Numbered from the stretch's first letter, positions 10,640 to 25,055 are shown. The stretch: 64,000 nt of DNA from Octopus sinensis (GCF_006345805.1 NC_043015.1:18662001-18726000), one strand, 5' to 3'. The notes: generated from the sequence alone by a model not told the origin. Made by a program: numbers and translations.

Positions 10640-12121
10640 GTATTTGCACCCGAAACAATGAATTTACACAACATAAAAATGACTAGTGAAACTGCGAGCA
10701 CTGACACAGAGGCTGCAACTAATTATTCTGAGCAGTTGAAGTAAGTTATTGCTGAAAGGGGCTACACATGAGAGCAAGTATACAATATTGATGAAACAGC
10801 ACTTGTCTGAAAGTGCATGCCTGCTAGAACTTATTTCTCGTTTGACAATTGTTTTGGGAGGAAATGCTACTGGTAATCAAGGGCTTCCAAGGGTTACACA
10901 AAGTTTAATTTTCCTCTAATTTGGCATTCAAATAAGAAGGCATGGATGATTAAAGCCTTTACACAGAGTGGTTTACAAAGGTATTTTTGTCCTGACGTAG
11001 AAAGGTACAGTGCCATACATATTTCCAACAAATCATTGCTTCTTTTAGACAATGCACCAAGCCAACCAGCGACCTTAGATGATCTTTCTGATGAGGTGAG
11101 AATAAATTATATCTTCAAGAATACAGCTTCTTTGTTCCAGTCAATGGATGAAGATGTGATAGCTAACTTCAAGGCATTATTATATGAGAAAAACGTTCAA
11201 GCACCTTATGAAAACAATTGATAGAGAGGATAAGCCTACTGTTGGGGATTTCTGGAAGAAATTCATTACGATGGATGTTGTGAATAATATAAATGAGTAA
11301 TGGAGTGAAGTGAAACTTACAACTTTGAATAGTGTTGGAAAAGTATCTGGCCAAAGTATATGTATCCATGACATTCCAAATTTTCCCCAAGCGGAAAGTC
11401 TACATCAAATTCGGAAGTCATCGAGATGCTGGTGTCCCAGACAGAATATTTATTTAACGAGGAGCTGATGCTGAGTGAAAACGAACAATCTGAGAATACA
11501 GATGAGACAATGGAAGTTCCACCTAAAGCACTTATTGCTAAAGGGTTGGCACTTATAGAGGAAGGCCTGCAGGGTTTTGCTGATAACGATCCTAATCGTG
11601 AACATAACATAAAAATTACAAGACGCGTTTACAACGAGCTCACTTCCTGCACTGAGTTGCACAAAGATATGATGCATCATAAACAACAATCAACTTTGGA
11701 TAAATTATCCACCTTTCAAGCTGATGTTGGTGATAATTAACTATAAGATAGTAGATATTGTTCCTCATCCTCCTAGTACGTTCATTTCACCACCCGCCTC
11801 ACACAATAGTCAACATCTTTTGTGGTAAGAACGTACTATTACAATACTACGATTTTTAATTCTCTAACGTATATTTTTGTGTTTTTATGTATCTATATTG
11901 TACTGTGTATGTTTAGAAATTGTTACTTTCATGTATAAAGGTAATTGTGTAGCTTGTTCTCTGTAATTTTCTCGTTCTTGTTTTTTTCGAAAAAGTACGT
12001 AGGAACGCAACCTCACTTAATAACATGAAAATCAATAGGAAAATTAACTTTGCGTTACGAGATTTCGCATTATGGCCAGATTTTCAGGGATGCATTATTT
12101 GTGTAAAGTGAAGGATTTCTG
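10640..12121 (+). mobile_element. Tigger/pogo-like DNA transposon relic (DDE_1 transposase pseudogene and right end)
   Basis: LHNIKMTSETAS..EQVYNIDETAL..KCMPART and LLLLDNAPSQP..NTASLFQSMDEDVIANFKA match Tigger consensus motifs; a TIR-like right end finishes ...AAGGATTTCTG. Confidence 0.85.
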
Positions 12122-12415
12122 CACTGCCTTCATAGTTCTTAGATCTAAAATAACTAGAATCATCCAGTTTTACTCCTAATTTTCTCTTATGTGCTATACA
12201 CTAAGCTCTTAAGCTATACACTAAACTATATTTTAAAACACTTTAACTCAGAGTCGTTTTCTCTACAATTTTATTTAACAAATAACTTGCAAACAATCAA
12301 ATTAAATATTTGTTGCAGTAACCTCGTCTTGGTATTTTTATATTTTTCAATGAAGGAGTAAATTTAATCTTTATTGTTACAACTCTCCTCTTATAACTAA
12401 AATGTGTAAGTGATC

Positions 12416-12702
12416 AGTGGCGGACCGGGTCTAAAGATATTGGTTGCCAGGAGACTAAGGGGCCCACCCACAACTACAAATGCTGTCATCTAATTTTTTT
12501 TTGTTAAAAGTATTCTTTTCAACTGTCCACAAACACAGCCAGGCTGAAATAATTAATGCATTCTTCCAGGAGGGAATAAAAAATTCTCAAACTTGAGGGG
12601 ATGGGCTCCTTAGATACTAACACGGGACCCATATATGGATTCTAATGGCGCAGGGGCCCACTTACCATCGGGCAAGCTGGTAACCTGGCCAGTCCACACT
12701 CG
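12416..12702. mobile_element. Possible hAT-type MITE
   Basis: GC-rich island starting CAGTGGCGGAC and ending GTCCACACTC with GGGCCC subterminal motifs; the TIRs are imperfect and no TSD was found. Confidence 0.35.
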
Positions 12703-12839
12703 TAAGTGACTGTGTGTGTATCTATGACCGTATATACATTTGAGTCTGTGTACTTTCCAACACGTAAAGAACTAAATGTGTATCTAAACTCTTCAATTTC
12801 TCTATCAATACATGTACCTACCTATACACAAAGAGGAAT

Positions 12840-12960
12840 AAAGAGAGAGAGGGGAGAGAGAGAGAGAGAGAGGAGAGAGAGAGTGAGTGAGAGGGAGAGA
12901 AAAGGAAAGAGAGAGACGGAAAGACAGAGAGAAAGAGAGAGAGATAGAGATAGAGATGCA
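12840..12960. repeat. (GA)n-rich microsatellite
   Basis: Direct reading; it explains the ORFs at 12706-13134. Confidence 0.9.
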
Positions 12961-14843
12961 AATAAATGAAGAACGTACTCGAACAAGAGAAACTGAAGAA
13001 AGGAGGGAAAGAATGCCTGACCAAACAAAAGAAGTGAGTTGAAAGGGATGAATAATATGATAGAGTATGATAAAATCTGCAACCGATAGAAATTCAGTTT
13101 CTAAGCTAACAAGTATACTTTCAAAAAAGGACAAAGTTAGCGAAATATCATTCGCTTACATCTATTGTTAAAAGAATCAAATTTACTATAACAGAGCTTT
13201 AAATCTTGGACATTTAAACGAGATCTTGCCTTTTAGGGAAAAAAAAATTATTCTGGAAAATAGCTTTCGAACTTGAAAGACTTCAGCTGTATTAAATAAA
13301 AGCATTCTAAACAGAAAAGGGAAATCTTCAAACATTCACGAAAACTACGTTGATTTTGTTGTCACCATTGTTCTTGGGTTAGCATTCCTAGCACACAGAA
13401 ACATTTTATATGCCGCTATTTGCAAAAAAAATATCCCACAATATACACTAAAAACATACAATTATACCAAAAGCTTTATTAAAGCGAGAATATTTTATTT
13501 CTATATCACTTTTTATGTCATGTTTCAACAATATGTTATTAACATTTAAATAAATTTTGAAAAATGTTCTACATTTCCATTTTACCGTTAAACATATACA
13601 TATAGATACTTGGATGGAGAGAATAAGGGGGAATCGGAATTTAAAATATTCTGTTCAAAACCATAACTGTAAAACAAATATTTTAAAACAAAAGATGGAG
13701 AATAACCAACCTAGCTAATTCTAAACAGCCAACACTATTTCAATAAATCTTATCGAGTAATGTCAGCTGCAGTTACACTTAGAATAATATTATCCATTCA
13801 TATATATACATCTATATGCTCGTATACACATAATTAAAATAACACTTTTGCTTTCTCTGTTGTTTTGTCTACCTTGCACATATGAAGCGTATTAAGATAA
13901 CAATATTGAAATATGTTAAAGCCATAAATATGATTTAATCAGAACTTTATATAAATTCTGCTGTTTGATATATTAAAAAAGCTTCTCTACAAAGTCGACA
14001 TATTAGACATTTTTCAAGCTAAAATATTAACACTTTTATAAAAATTCCCTTATCTTCTTACTAAACTTCAAAATAGTTTATTTTTTGTCTTCTTTTCAGA
14101 ATTTGCACGCGATATGATATAATGTCGATTAGATAACCCATATCTATATACAAAACTCTAACATACCACGCTGAACACATTTGGTGATTTTTGGTATGAG
14201 ATTGTACAACTTAGAAAAGTCAATGAATTAAAGAAAAGAAAAATCAATCATGGAATTAACAAAAACGTTTACTAATTTACAATAGCGTTCTTAGATATTT
14301 CCACGCAAAAGTTTACATTAGCATTGATGCTATTGCATAATAGAAAGTAAACCTATTGTTCTAAAACCAGCATGGCGTGTGAAAATTAACCCGCTAGTAT
14401 ATTAAAGCATCTAAAACATACACTGCAAATGTGTAATTTATGAATTATTATTGTAATTTGATTTATTTCAGTACGCATTTTGTTGACAACGAAGGGACGA
14501 GTGGAAAAGTCGAACCAGATAGGATTTTAAAAAAACTATTGGTACAAACACACATACACACATGTGTTTTTGTGTGTGGTGGGATAAATATATATTTAAG
14601 TATTTAAGCACAACACAGCGTAATTCATTTCACCTGAAATAGATTTAGAGATTATCAATTATGACAATGGATTAAATAAGAATTTGAACAAAATTTTTTT
14701 CTATACTGTTGATTTGCGGTAAAAAGAAGATTGGAGTCTCCGACGGACCGATATATGGTTTACTGTCTGATCCTCTGAGAGAACGTACTAGGTTTCCTTC
14801 TCAAATTAACAGCATAGATCGACTGCTTATAAAGTAACCATAA

Positions 14844-15054
14844 ATTAGGCAAGCACCTTAGTGGATAGCTTTAATAGCATCCAGATAACGCATTTAAATT
14901 CCTGTTTTATCCTTACTATGGATTCATAATATCAACATTTATTTAAGTTCTTTTAATTTACACTGTGTTTTACTTAAATGGATAGTTTAATTAATAATGA
15001 ATTGTGAAAATACAAATATGCAAATTAGGCTATCCACTATGGTGCTAGCCTAAT
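14844..15054. mobile_element. MITE-like element with 26-bp terminal inverted repeats
   Basis: ATTAGGCAAGCACCTTAGTGGATAGC (14844-14869) versus GCTATCCACTATGGTGCTAGCCTAAT (15029-15054), 2 mismatches. Confidence 0.6.
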
Positions 15055-15737
15055 ATATGACTGATTTATAACCAGTTGATCTATGAGGCAGGAAGCTAGG
15101 AACGGCATCTCTGAGAAGCGTTAAACAAGCAGTGAAATTGTCAGTCATGAGACTGCCTCCCCATTTTTCTGCACCTCAATGGTACAGAAAAAACGTGTTT
15201 ACGTTCTAATTCAGCCCATAACTAAGCCATCTATCTGTATATTTATATTAGACCACAGTTTGTTTTACTTAACCCAAATTCATTTCCTTTTAGTTTATTT
15301 CTAAATTTGCTTAGCATGGCCACAACTGTAGACTGCCTATTTTTACCGTATTTTCCGTACATCCTGATTGTTTTCCTTGCAGAATCTTAAGACAATTCCT
15401 CTACTTCCTGCTACACCCGTCATATCCTCCATATCTACTTCACCCCTTCACTGCCTCACCGCTCACTGCATAAACTCTGTTTCTAATTTTACTTTAATAC
15501 CCTTTCCTCCAAAAATGTAATCATGTTAGTTCACGGAAAACATCCGCTGGATAGCTGTGACTTCAAAAATGCATTGGTGCATCTGGCACCTACTAGCGAA
15601 AGTTCATATCTGCTTATAATTTTGTTTAAATCTAAATGAAGTAGCTGTTAGGCTCTGTCGACTGTTTGGAATAATCCTGTTACGAAACTATTAGTGACGA
15701 TATTCTACGCTCTGTCAGGACTATATTAAAATACACA

Positions 15738-15968
15738 AGGCGGTGAGCTGGCAGAAACGTTAGCACGCCGGGCGAAATGCGTAGCCGTATTTCGTCTGCC
15801 GTTACGCTCTGTGTTCAAATTCCGCCGAGGTCGACTTTGTCTTTCATCCTTTCGGGGTCGATAAATTAAGTATGAGTTACGCACTGGGGTCGATGTAATC
15901 GACTTAATCCATTTGTCTGTTCTTGTTTGTCCCCTCTATGTTTAGCCCCTGTGGGTAGTAAGGAAATA
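15738..15968 (+). mobile_element. tRNA-derived SINE, full length, tail type A
   Basis: Head GGCGGTGAGCTGGCAGAA, B box GTTCAAATTCC, 3' tail TGTTTAGCCCCTGTGGGTAGTAAGGAAATA; several homologous copies occur in the window. Confidence 0.9.
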
Positions 15969-17367
15969 TATATAAAAATACACATACATCGCTCTACTCT
16001 TTTTATTCATGTAATTGTTTTACATTACTTTATTCCCCTGTGCTGTATAGTGACTTGTTACAGAGGAATAGTAGATTGCATATCACTTGATTAGTGATAT
16101 GTAACGAAGTATTATGACGTCATATTGGGTCCCATTATTGTATGGTTGGCTACACATCACATTACGTTTGGTGTAACCCATGTACACTCACGTACACACA
16201 TATGCATACAGAGAGAGCTGCTTATTAATGTGTGAATAATAACGCCTTAAGAACTACAAAAAACGTCACATATACTTGAACCAATAAAGGTTTCTATTAA
16301 CTAATATGAAAATATGTACCTCTTTATTTGCCCACTGGCTAACATTTCTGGCAGCAACACTTATGATCAATGTCATAGAAAGCAACTCTCATGTGTAAAG
16401 CAAATTCTTTTGATCACTAAACTGACCAGTAACATTAAAATAGGCAAGACATTTGTGTGTGGTTGCTGAAAACTGAAAATCTCTAATATACACGCGAAAA
16501 TATTCCAAGGAACGTGGAACGAGAAATAGTTGCATAGCTTCAAACAAATTAATGTTATTTTCTATTTCTGCGCATCCAAACATATTGAAACACACACATA
16601 CACACTATTACACACACATACGCACACATACACACATATACAGTATCATACACTGGAATAAGAATTCCTTTTGTTTGTGAATGCTTACTTAGTTAATTAT
16701 ATTATTTTGGTTTGCATGGAAATGAAGCATGCTAGCGGTCGAGGAAATATAACTAAACATTCGGTCATGAATATAGCCATCTTCAAAGTAGAGGTATTAA
16801 AAATTTATATAGATTTGGTGATTGTGAGCAAGTACTTAAACATAGAAATAGAAAAACTGATGAAGTGCAGTTAATAATTGCTTTTATTTGCTAAAAAACA
16901 GTTGGCTGGTTGGGTTAAGGAATGGATATGTTATTATACAGTAGCTGTGTTCATAGATTATGATGTGGAAAAGATAAGTATTTTTGTTTACATATTGATC
17001 TTATGTAGATAGTTTTGTCCTTTGTTAAAATAGATTTTGTAATTAATTAATTTTAATAACTTAAATAATTTTTACAATAAAGAATAAAGAATAAACTTTC
17101 AACTTGTCGGTAAACAAAATGTTCCACAATGTAAACAAATTAATACTAAGCATTAATATCAGACGATAAATCTATTTAGATATAGCTGTACCAAACTATA
17201 AGTAAAACTTCAAATTAATAATGAAGATGTTAACAAAACATGAAACTATTTTCATATCACTAAGTTAATACATCCATTTACTAATATTTATCCCAAACAA
17301 AACAAACTTCCAATAATACGGTGGTGGGGACAAACACAAACACAAAGAAACACAGATATACATATAC

Positions 17368-17520
17368 AACAGGCTTCTTTCAGTTTCCACCTATCAAATC
17401 CACTCACAAGACTTTGGTCGATTCGAGGCTATAGTAGAAGACACTTGCCCAAGATGACACGCAGTGGAACTGAACCAGGAACCACGTGGATGGGAAACGA
17501 ACTTCTTACCACACTGGCAC
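17368..17520 (-). mobile_element. SINE fragment of another tRNA-derived family
   Basis: The reverse strand has a B-box-like GGTTCAGTTCC followed by CTTGGGCAAGTGTCTTCTACTATAGCC, a SINE-like body. Confidence 0.55.
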
Positions 17521-17574
17521 ACTACGCATGTTCATAATATATTTGTAAATATAGTAAATAAAAGTAAATGGATC

Positions 17575-17695
17575 TCCGGTGGTGGCGAAGGTAAATATTC
17601 AGTTGTTCGATCAACTGAACCTGGGAATAGCGTGTAGGTGCTGAGTATTCCACAGACACTTGTACTTTTAACATAATCCTCAGTCAAATCAGACC
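17575..17695 (-). mobile_element. Diverged SINE 3' fragment related to 57005-57330
   Basis: The reverse complement GTACAAGTGTCTGTGGAATACTCAGC..GTTGATCGAACAACTG resembles the 3' part of the SINE at 57225-57330. Confidence 0.45.
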
Positions 17696-17928
17696 TCGTT
17701 TGCCTTAAAAATGCGATGGGTGCAAACTAACATTTGCTGATTCTTAAAGAAGCATGTTAATATTGCTTATGGACCCTATCACATAAAAAATTTATGTTAA
17801 TTAAATTTTACATATTCAAATGAAGTTTAGATATAAACAAAATACGCTGAAAAAGAATTTAGTCTATCAACTAAACAAAAAATAAAGCATAGACGTTTGA
17901 ATAAAAAAATATAAAGTAAGTTTATCTA

Positions 17929-18240
17929 TTAGAACTTTCCAAATGCATTATATCTCGCATCATTACTGTCAATAAATAGTTTAGCAACTTCTTCACGACT
18001 AATCTTTTTCAAAACATCTTTATGAACGTGGCACATTAGAATATGATTCAACCTTTGCTGAGTCTTAGTCAATCGCAACCACGTTTTGAGTCTCCCCTGA
18101 GCGTTAAAATATCTTTCGGCTTCACAAGAACTGGTTGGAAACACTAAAAATAGCCTGAGCAATCGCTCAGCATTTGGAAACATGCGACGGACATCTGGTT
18201 GCATTTCACCGAATTGTTTACGATGATCCTCGAGAGATGA
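17929..18240 (-). pseudogene. hAT transposase C-terminal dimerisation domain fragment
   Basis: FPNAERLLRLFLVFPTSSCEAERYFN..RLKTWLR..QQRLNHILMCHVH matches the hATC consensus (P.TS.ER.FS.L.R.K..LR.TM.Q.RL). Confidence 0.85.
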
Positions 18241-18289
18241 TCCACTATGATGATTTCTATAAAAAAAAATTCATTCCTTAATGAAAATT

Positions 18290-19800
18290 CACCAAGCTCT
18301 ATCTTCCATCATCCATGACCGCGTCTCTTCTGCCCTCCCCCACCGCCACCAACCTCATCGTCCGAACACCCCTTACCTCTACCATCTATTACCTTCCCAA
18401 AATACATAAACCCGACAACCCTGGCTGCTCCATTGTTTCCGTCTGCAATTGTCCCACAGAACTCATCTCAAAATACCTTGACCGCATCCTGTCCCCTCTG
18501 GTTGCTGCCCTCCCATCCCATATACATGACACCAATCATGCTCTTCGCCTTTTTAATTCCTTCTTAAATCCTGGCCCCTCACACCTCCTCTTACCCTTAG
18601 ACATCAAATTCCTACGAACGCTGATCCCCCACAACGACGGTCTCTTAGTCCTCCAATACTTCCTCGACCGCCGCCCTGACCTCACACCCAGCACCTCCGC
18701 CCTTCTCCGTCTGGCAGAGCTCGTCTTCACCCTAAACTGCTTTACGTTCGCCGGGGAGATCTACCAACAGATGTCTGGGGGTCGCTATGGAAACGCGAAT
18801 GGGCCCCAATTTCGCCAACCTATTTGTTGGTCACATTGAGGTCCAAGTATTCTCCCAATTCTCCGGACCGACTCCAGAGCTATTCGGCCGCTACATAGAC
18901 AACTCTATAAGCACCGCCTCCGTCTCCCGCGAACAACTCTGCCGCTTCATCTCTTTCCTCTCTAACTTTCACCGTTCTCTCCAATTTATTTCTACCATCT
19001 CTCTTACTATTGACCTCCCCTCCCACTCTCTCACCACATCCGCCACTTCAAACCCACGGATTCGCACTTCTATCTTAACCTTTCTTCCTCCCATCCCTCC
19101 CACATCAAGCGGGCCATCCTCTACTCCTAGTCCCTCCGCCTCCGACGCTTGTGCACCCAGGACCAGGATTTCGAGACCCAGTTCCAGTACATTAGCCGCC
19201 TGTTCTTGCATCGAGGATACCCATCCACCCTTGTCCAAACCGCCCTTGACCGCGCACATCTAATCGATCACACCACTGCCCTCTCTCTTCTGACCGCACC
19301 CCTTTCCCCTCCTTTTCACCCCTTCATCCTACTATTTCGTCGGAGAATCCTACGGACTTTCCGTCGACTCCAGCTATATCGCACCACCCACCCCATTTTC
19401 CCCAACCCACACTTGCCTTCCTTTAAACACAAAGTTCACTCATACATACACATATAAACAGCCAACAACACACACACACATGCTATTACACACACACAGA
19501 GACTTGTGCGCACGCACATACTCACACATACACACACATACCGCCTTTTCTTATTCTCTCCTGTCTTAGAACATGTTTTTCAATCATTCCCTTCTGGTCA
19601 TTTCAAAATGTAACTGCATGTGAATCGTTGGCGATTTTTTCCCCTCCGTCTTCCTTTTCTCTTGGACTTTCCTCTGTCTTCCGTTATTGAAGAAGAGCTT
19701 TGCTTGAAACGTAAAACTACCTTTCTTTCCTTCCTGAGCATCTGCTAATCCTTTGCATGTATCACGTCCTCGCGCTGTTTTTTTTTTGTCTTTCTTCTTG
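18290..19800 (+). mobile_element. Decayed Penelope-like element (RT fragment and pLTR with a degenerate hammerhead motif)
   Basis: YYLPKIHKPDNPG..SKYLDRIL..DIK...IPHNDGL; AMETRMGPNFANLF..FGRYIDN; ...LFLHRGYP; TTGAAGAAGAGCTTTGCTTGAAACGTA at 19687-19713. Confidence 0.9.
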
Positions 19801-21689
19801 ATTTTTTCTTTTTTGGATTTACTATCTTATATATATATATATATTATATATATATATATATATATATCTGTGTGTGTGTGTGTGTGTGAGAGAGAGGGAG
19901 AGAGAGAGAGAGAGGGAGAGAGAGAGAGAGAGAGTGTGTGTATGTGCATTTGCAAATGGACACTTCCCGATTGAACTATATTCGAAGAAATGTATATATA
20001 AATGTATGTATATTTTTTTCAATGTGTACAAATTACAAGGAAAAAAATAAATAGTTACCAGAGTAGCAAAAATTCCCATAAGAGCCAAGGATATCACACC
20101 CTACTTATAAAGATAGAAATTCCGGAGTTAAGTGAAATGCTTTTGTATAATATGGATAAGTTAAGAAATTGAGTCAAATGCAGGTGTTATTCAAATCATT
20201 TATACTTCCAACATATGTTTCGAAAAAAGCATTGAGATTATTCACCTAAATCAGCTTGCAGCCCCACCTATCTAGACTGTGAGATGCAAGCATTTTGGAG
20301 TGGTTATCTCCTCTTCAGTCACAGAAACCAGACTGTGGCGTTGCAATATCATTATCTACGACATAGCTATACCTACACTCAAAAATGTTACGGAGGGAAT
20401 AAAAATGATGTAAAATAATGCAATCATCTCGTCAAGGTAAAAAAAGGAACAAAACACATCAATAAGCTATTTTAACCGAATGTGATTACCGTGTATGTAA
20501 GGAGAACGCTTGCAAGTTATTTTTTTAACAAACGTTAATAGATTTAACGTCAAAGGTAATTTACAGAATGAGAAGGAGGAGAAAGAAAAAAATTAACAGA
20601 AAATTAAGAGTGGAAAAATATAGTGTGATAGATGAATGGGAATAAAGTTTAAAAGCGCGTTCCTATAGAAACCAAATTAATTTACTAATCCCAGTATTGT
20701 TGCGTTTATTGATATGTCTAAATGTAGAATAATGGTTCGATATTCTTTCGACAACTGAGACGAAGAAACATTATAAAGGAACATAATAAACAATACGGTT
20801 TGGAATGGAAAATTCTGTCCAAATCCTTCCCATATGACAAAGGTTAATCTTTTTGTCCGCTCTGTAACGAAGAGCACCTTTTCATCCTTTTCCCGAAGAA
20901 TACTCTTGTAAATACGTTTAAAGAACGCGTTTATCGCTGTAAGCATTGGCAAAAATATGCCTTTAGTTCCTATAAGTAGTTTCTACCAATCTATAAAATT
21001 CGACCTTTAGCTGTCTTCTTACATTTCATTTCTTCTACATACATCTGTTTCCACGTTTAGTTTGCGAAAATATTCATTTCCGAAAATGCGACAGAATTTT
21101 AATTGCGATTAGCCAATCCGTAATTAAAATAATAATGCACGCTAGCAAATTATTGGGAATAAATGCAGTGTGGAATTAATTCTTGATGTGAGTATGGGTT
21201 CTTACAAAGGTACTAAAGATTGGGAAATAATAGGATTGTATATTTACTGTAGGGTTCGATCTTTACCATAATTATGAAATATGAAGTGTCATTCAATGAA
21301 TACTGTTCGGCAGAGGTTTACAAAATTGAAGAGTGAGAAATGAACTTTAGAGTGAACTCTGCTCTTATAACAAACTTAGCAAAAAGTTACATTACATCAC
21401 TATAAAATTCAACCATCCTTCGACAATCGTAAAACACCGAGTAACTTCAGTAAATTTATAGCCGGCATATCGTCAGATGAACACCTAGTGAGCAGTTCAT
21501 TGTTACAATGAAGCATTAAGAGTCACTGGCTTCCAAGATATAATATATTACATACAGAACAATATTAGTATCCATAAATGCAAAAGTTTGAGCTAAAAAT
21601 TGTACGTTTTGAAAATGATATAGTTTAAATTATATGATCTATACCCTATTTAAATGCTTATTGTATTATTTTTCTAATACAGGTATAAT

Positions 21690-21835
21690 GCCAGAAATTT
21701 GATGGAGGGGTTTAGTCGATTAAATCGGCACCATTGTTTGAGTGATACTGATTTCATTGACCTCGGTTGGATGAAAAGCAAAGCTAACTTCGTCGGGATT
21801 AGAGCGTAAAGATCCGGTAGAAATACTGCGAAGTA
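21690..21835 (-). mobile_element. Diverged SINE copy
   Basis: Contains AGTCGATTAAATCG..GGATGAAAAGCAAAG..AGAGCGTAAAGA, similar to the reverse strand of the 15738 SINE. Confidence 0.55.
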
Positions 21836-22254
21836 TTTGGTCCGTTGCTCTTACAATTCTGCCAATCTGCACTTCTTGAACCTTTCTGTAGAGGGAACAG
21901 AGGTCATAAAAATCTTTAACGTTATGGCGCGCTACAGTTGCATCAAAAAGTTTCCTGCTTCCGTAGGCAGTATGAATACGCAGTTACTTGTGCGTGATTG
22001 TAATCATCCTAACATCTTTCCTCAATATGGCGTGTCACTTTCTAAACCATTAATTTATCGAGCTAATTTCGTTTTTTGCTGATTACAGTGAGACAAAAAT
22101 TTATATTACGCTCGTTGAAAATGCTTTCGAAAGATTCTTGCAACCGCATACTCATACACACATATATGTATATACACAAACTTTCAAACACACACACCAT
22201 ACGGACACACACACCGCACAGACACAGACATAGACGCGAGCGCGCACACACAAT

Positions 22255-22304
<50 letters not shown>

Positions 22305-22435
22305 GTAAATTACATTTAATATTTGCTGAATTACCAAATAAATTTAATCAATAAATCCAGTGTTGATGAAAATCTATCCCAAATTAACGTTTAACACACG
22401 CACATACACATAGCCATATACAAACACGTTTATAT

Positions 22436-22479
<44 letters not shown>

Positions 22480-23151
22480 TTCAGAATCACAAAAATTTAC
22501 CTTGCAACTTCCCTATTTAAATATCTCATCTCGCGACATTGTTATAAATGGTGAAATCACTATCTTTCAGAGAATTATTATATTACAGTGTCTTGCAATT
22601 TTCAATGAAATACCTGAATTCCTGAAATCTTGCAGACTCTTCCACCTCTATTTATTGAGGAAATTGCGACTGTTATTGGGGTTAAAAATTTTATTTACGG
22701 TATAGTAAATTTATTTTACTCTGAATGATGAGCTCATGATCTCATATTTCAAAAATAGTTCTGTATTCAACAACATTAAGACTTTATCAGCAAAAGTCAC
22801 TTTTGATTAGGGTATTGATTAAATGAAGATGTGACTCCTTTTTCCAAAGGATTTTCCAGGCAAGCAGTCAAATTTCCATGTAATGTGAAGAAACCATATC
22901 TCTGTGTATTGCTGTACGTGTTCTTAAATCAAAAGATTTAATTATTGAGATGTTGAGAAGCGATATAAATTTATTGATGGGATTGATTGGTATATTTGGA
23001 GTTTGTGTGACTATATTATATTCAATGTGAATAGCAATTTACATAGAATGAGCTAATGTTAAGAGTATGGTTTGTGAAAATATAAAGGATTGTGATATTG
23101 TTGTGGTCAGCCGTGATTGAATAGAACTATTATCAAGGCTTCCAGCCTTGC

Positions 23152-23227
<76 letters not shown>

Positions 23228-23496
23228 TTAATAAGGGTGAGAGAATTAGATACTAATTTAATAGTATATTTATTCAACACCAAGTGGCCTAGTGCTACGA
23301 GAAACCTGGATTATTATAATATTTTATAACATATTATAATATTTTTACAAAATAAATATAAGAGAGTGGTCACTATATTGCTCATTCTAGCACCAGTTAA
23401 TCCAAAAGGTTTCAACCACGAAAATACATGATTCCCATGAAAGCCAGTACGACTGTTAGCTCACACGGACAGGGCAAGTAAAAAATAACAAAAATA

Positions 23497-23592
23497 CAGA
23501 TTATTTTGGGACAATTGTTTCGCTATTAATGAATTAAATGTAATATTACTTACAAAAAAATCCATTTGTAGCTCGTCAGCCAAGACTATCTG
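23497..23592 (-). ncRNA. Type I hammerhead ribozyme, copy 1
   Basis: Reverse complement of the motif described for 25584-25679; predicted cleavage after the C at 23510. Confidence 0.85.
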
Positions 23593-24030
23593 GATGAAAT
23601 CCACTCAATCACACGCCAGATATTACCATAACGATAAATACGCGTGTGGTTCAATTGATTACATCCGACGTTATAATTCAAATGCCCCAACCAACAGCGC
23701 GCCAAACTTTCACGGAAAACAAATACAGCATTTAGAAATAAATGCAGCATAATTATAATTAATTAATAAGGGTGAGAGAATTAGATACTAATTTAATAGT
23801 ATATTTATTCAACACCAAGTGGCCTAGTGCTACGAGAAACCTGGATTATTATAATATTTTATAACATATTATAATATTTTTACAAAATAAATATAAGAGA
23901 GTGGTCACTATATTGCTCACTCTAGCACCAGTTAATCCAAAAGGTTTCAACCACGAAAATACTGATTCCCATGAAAGCCAGTACGACTGTTAGCTCACAC
24001 GGACAGGGCAAGTAAAAAATAACAAAAATA

Positions 24031-24126
24031 CAGATTATTTTGGGACAATTGTTTCGCTATTAATGAATTAAATGTAATATTACTTACAAAAAAATCCATT
24101 TGTAGCTCGTCAGCCAAGACTATCTG
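24031..24126 (-). ncRNA. Type I hammerhead ribozyme, copy 2
   Basis: Identical core; predicted cleavage at 24044. Confidence 0.85.
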
Positions 24127-24563
24127 GATGAAATCCACTCAATCACACGCCAGATATTACCATAACGATAAATACGCGTGTGGTTCAATTGATTACATCC
24201 GACGTTATAATTCAAATGCCCCAACCACAGCGCGCCAAACTTTCACGGAAAACAAATACAGCATTTAGAAATAAATGCAGCATAATTATAATTAATTAAT
24301 AAGGGTGAGAGAATTAGATACTAATTTAATAGTATATTTATTCAACACCAAGTGGCCTAGTGCTACGAGAAACCTGGATTATTATAATATTTTATAACAT
24401 ATTATAATATTTTTACAAAATAATATAAGAGAGTGGTCACTATATTGCTCACTCTAGCACCAGTTAATCCAAAAGGTTTCAACCACGAAAATACATGATT
24501 CCCATGAAAGCCAGTACGACTGTTAGCTCACACGGACAGGGCAAGTAAAAAATAACAAAAATA

Positions 24564-24659
24564 CAGATTATTTTGGGACAATTGTTTCGCTATTAATGAA
24601 TTAAATGTAATATTACTTACAAAAAAATCCATTTGTAGCTCGTCAGCCAAGACTATCTG
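24564..24659 (-). ncRNA. Type I hammerhead ribozyme, copy 3
   Basis: Identical core; predicted cleavage at 24577. Confidence 0.85.
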
Positions 24660-25055
24660 GATGAAATCCACTCAATCACACGCCAGATATTACCATAACG
24701 ATAAATACGCGTGTGGTTCAATTGATTACATCCGACGTTATAATTCAAATGCCCCAACCAACAGCGCGCCAAACTTTCACGGAAAACAAATACAGCATTT
24801 AGAAATAAATGCAGCATAATTATAATTAATTAATAAGGGTGAGAGAATTAGATACTAATTTAATAGTATATTTATTCAACACCAAGTGGCCTAGTGCTAC
24901 GAGAAACCTGGATTATTATAGTATTTTATAACATATTATAATATTTTTACAAAATAAATATAAGAGAGTGGTCACTATATTGCTCACTCTAGCACCAGTT
25001 AATCCAAAAGGTTTCAACCATGAAAATACATGATTCCCATGAAAGCCAGTACGAC

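Noticed and set aside
12706-13134. ORFs over (GA)n, (TA)n, (CA)n, (TATG)n and (TATC)n tracts throughout the window
   Set aside because: Low-complexity translations of microsatellites.
16077-16103. Isolated short hairpins (also 61763-61795 and 61868-61898)
   Set aside because: Stems of 9-12 bp are expected occasionally in 64 kb, and there is no associated element or motif.
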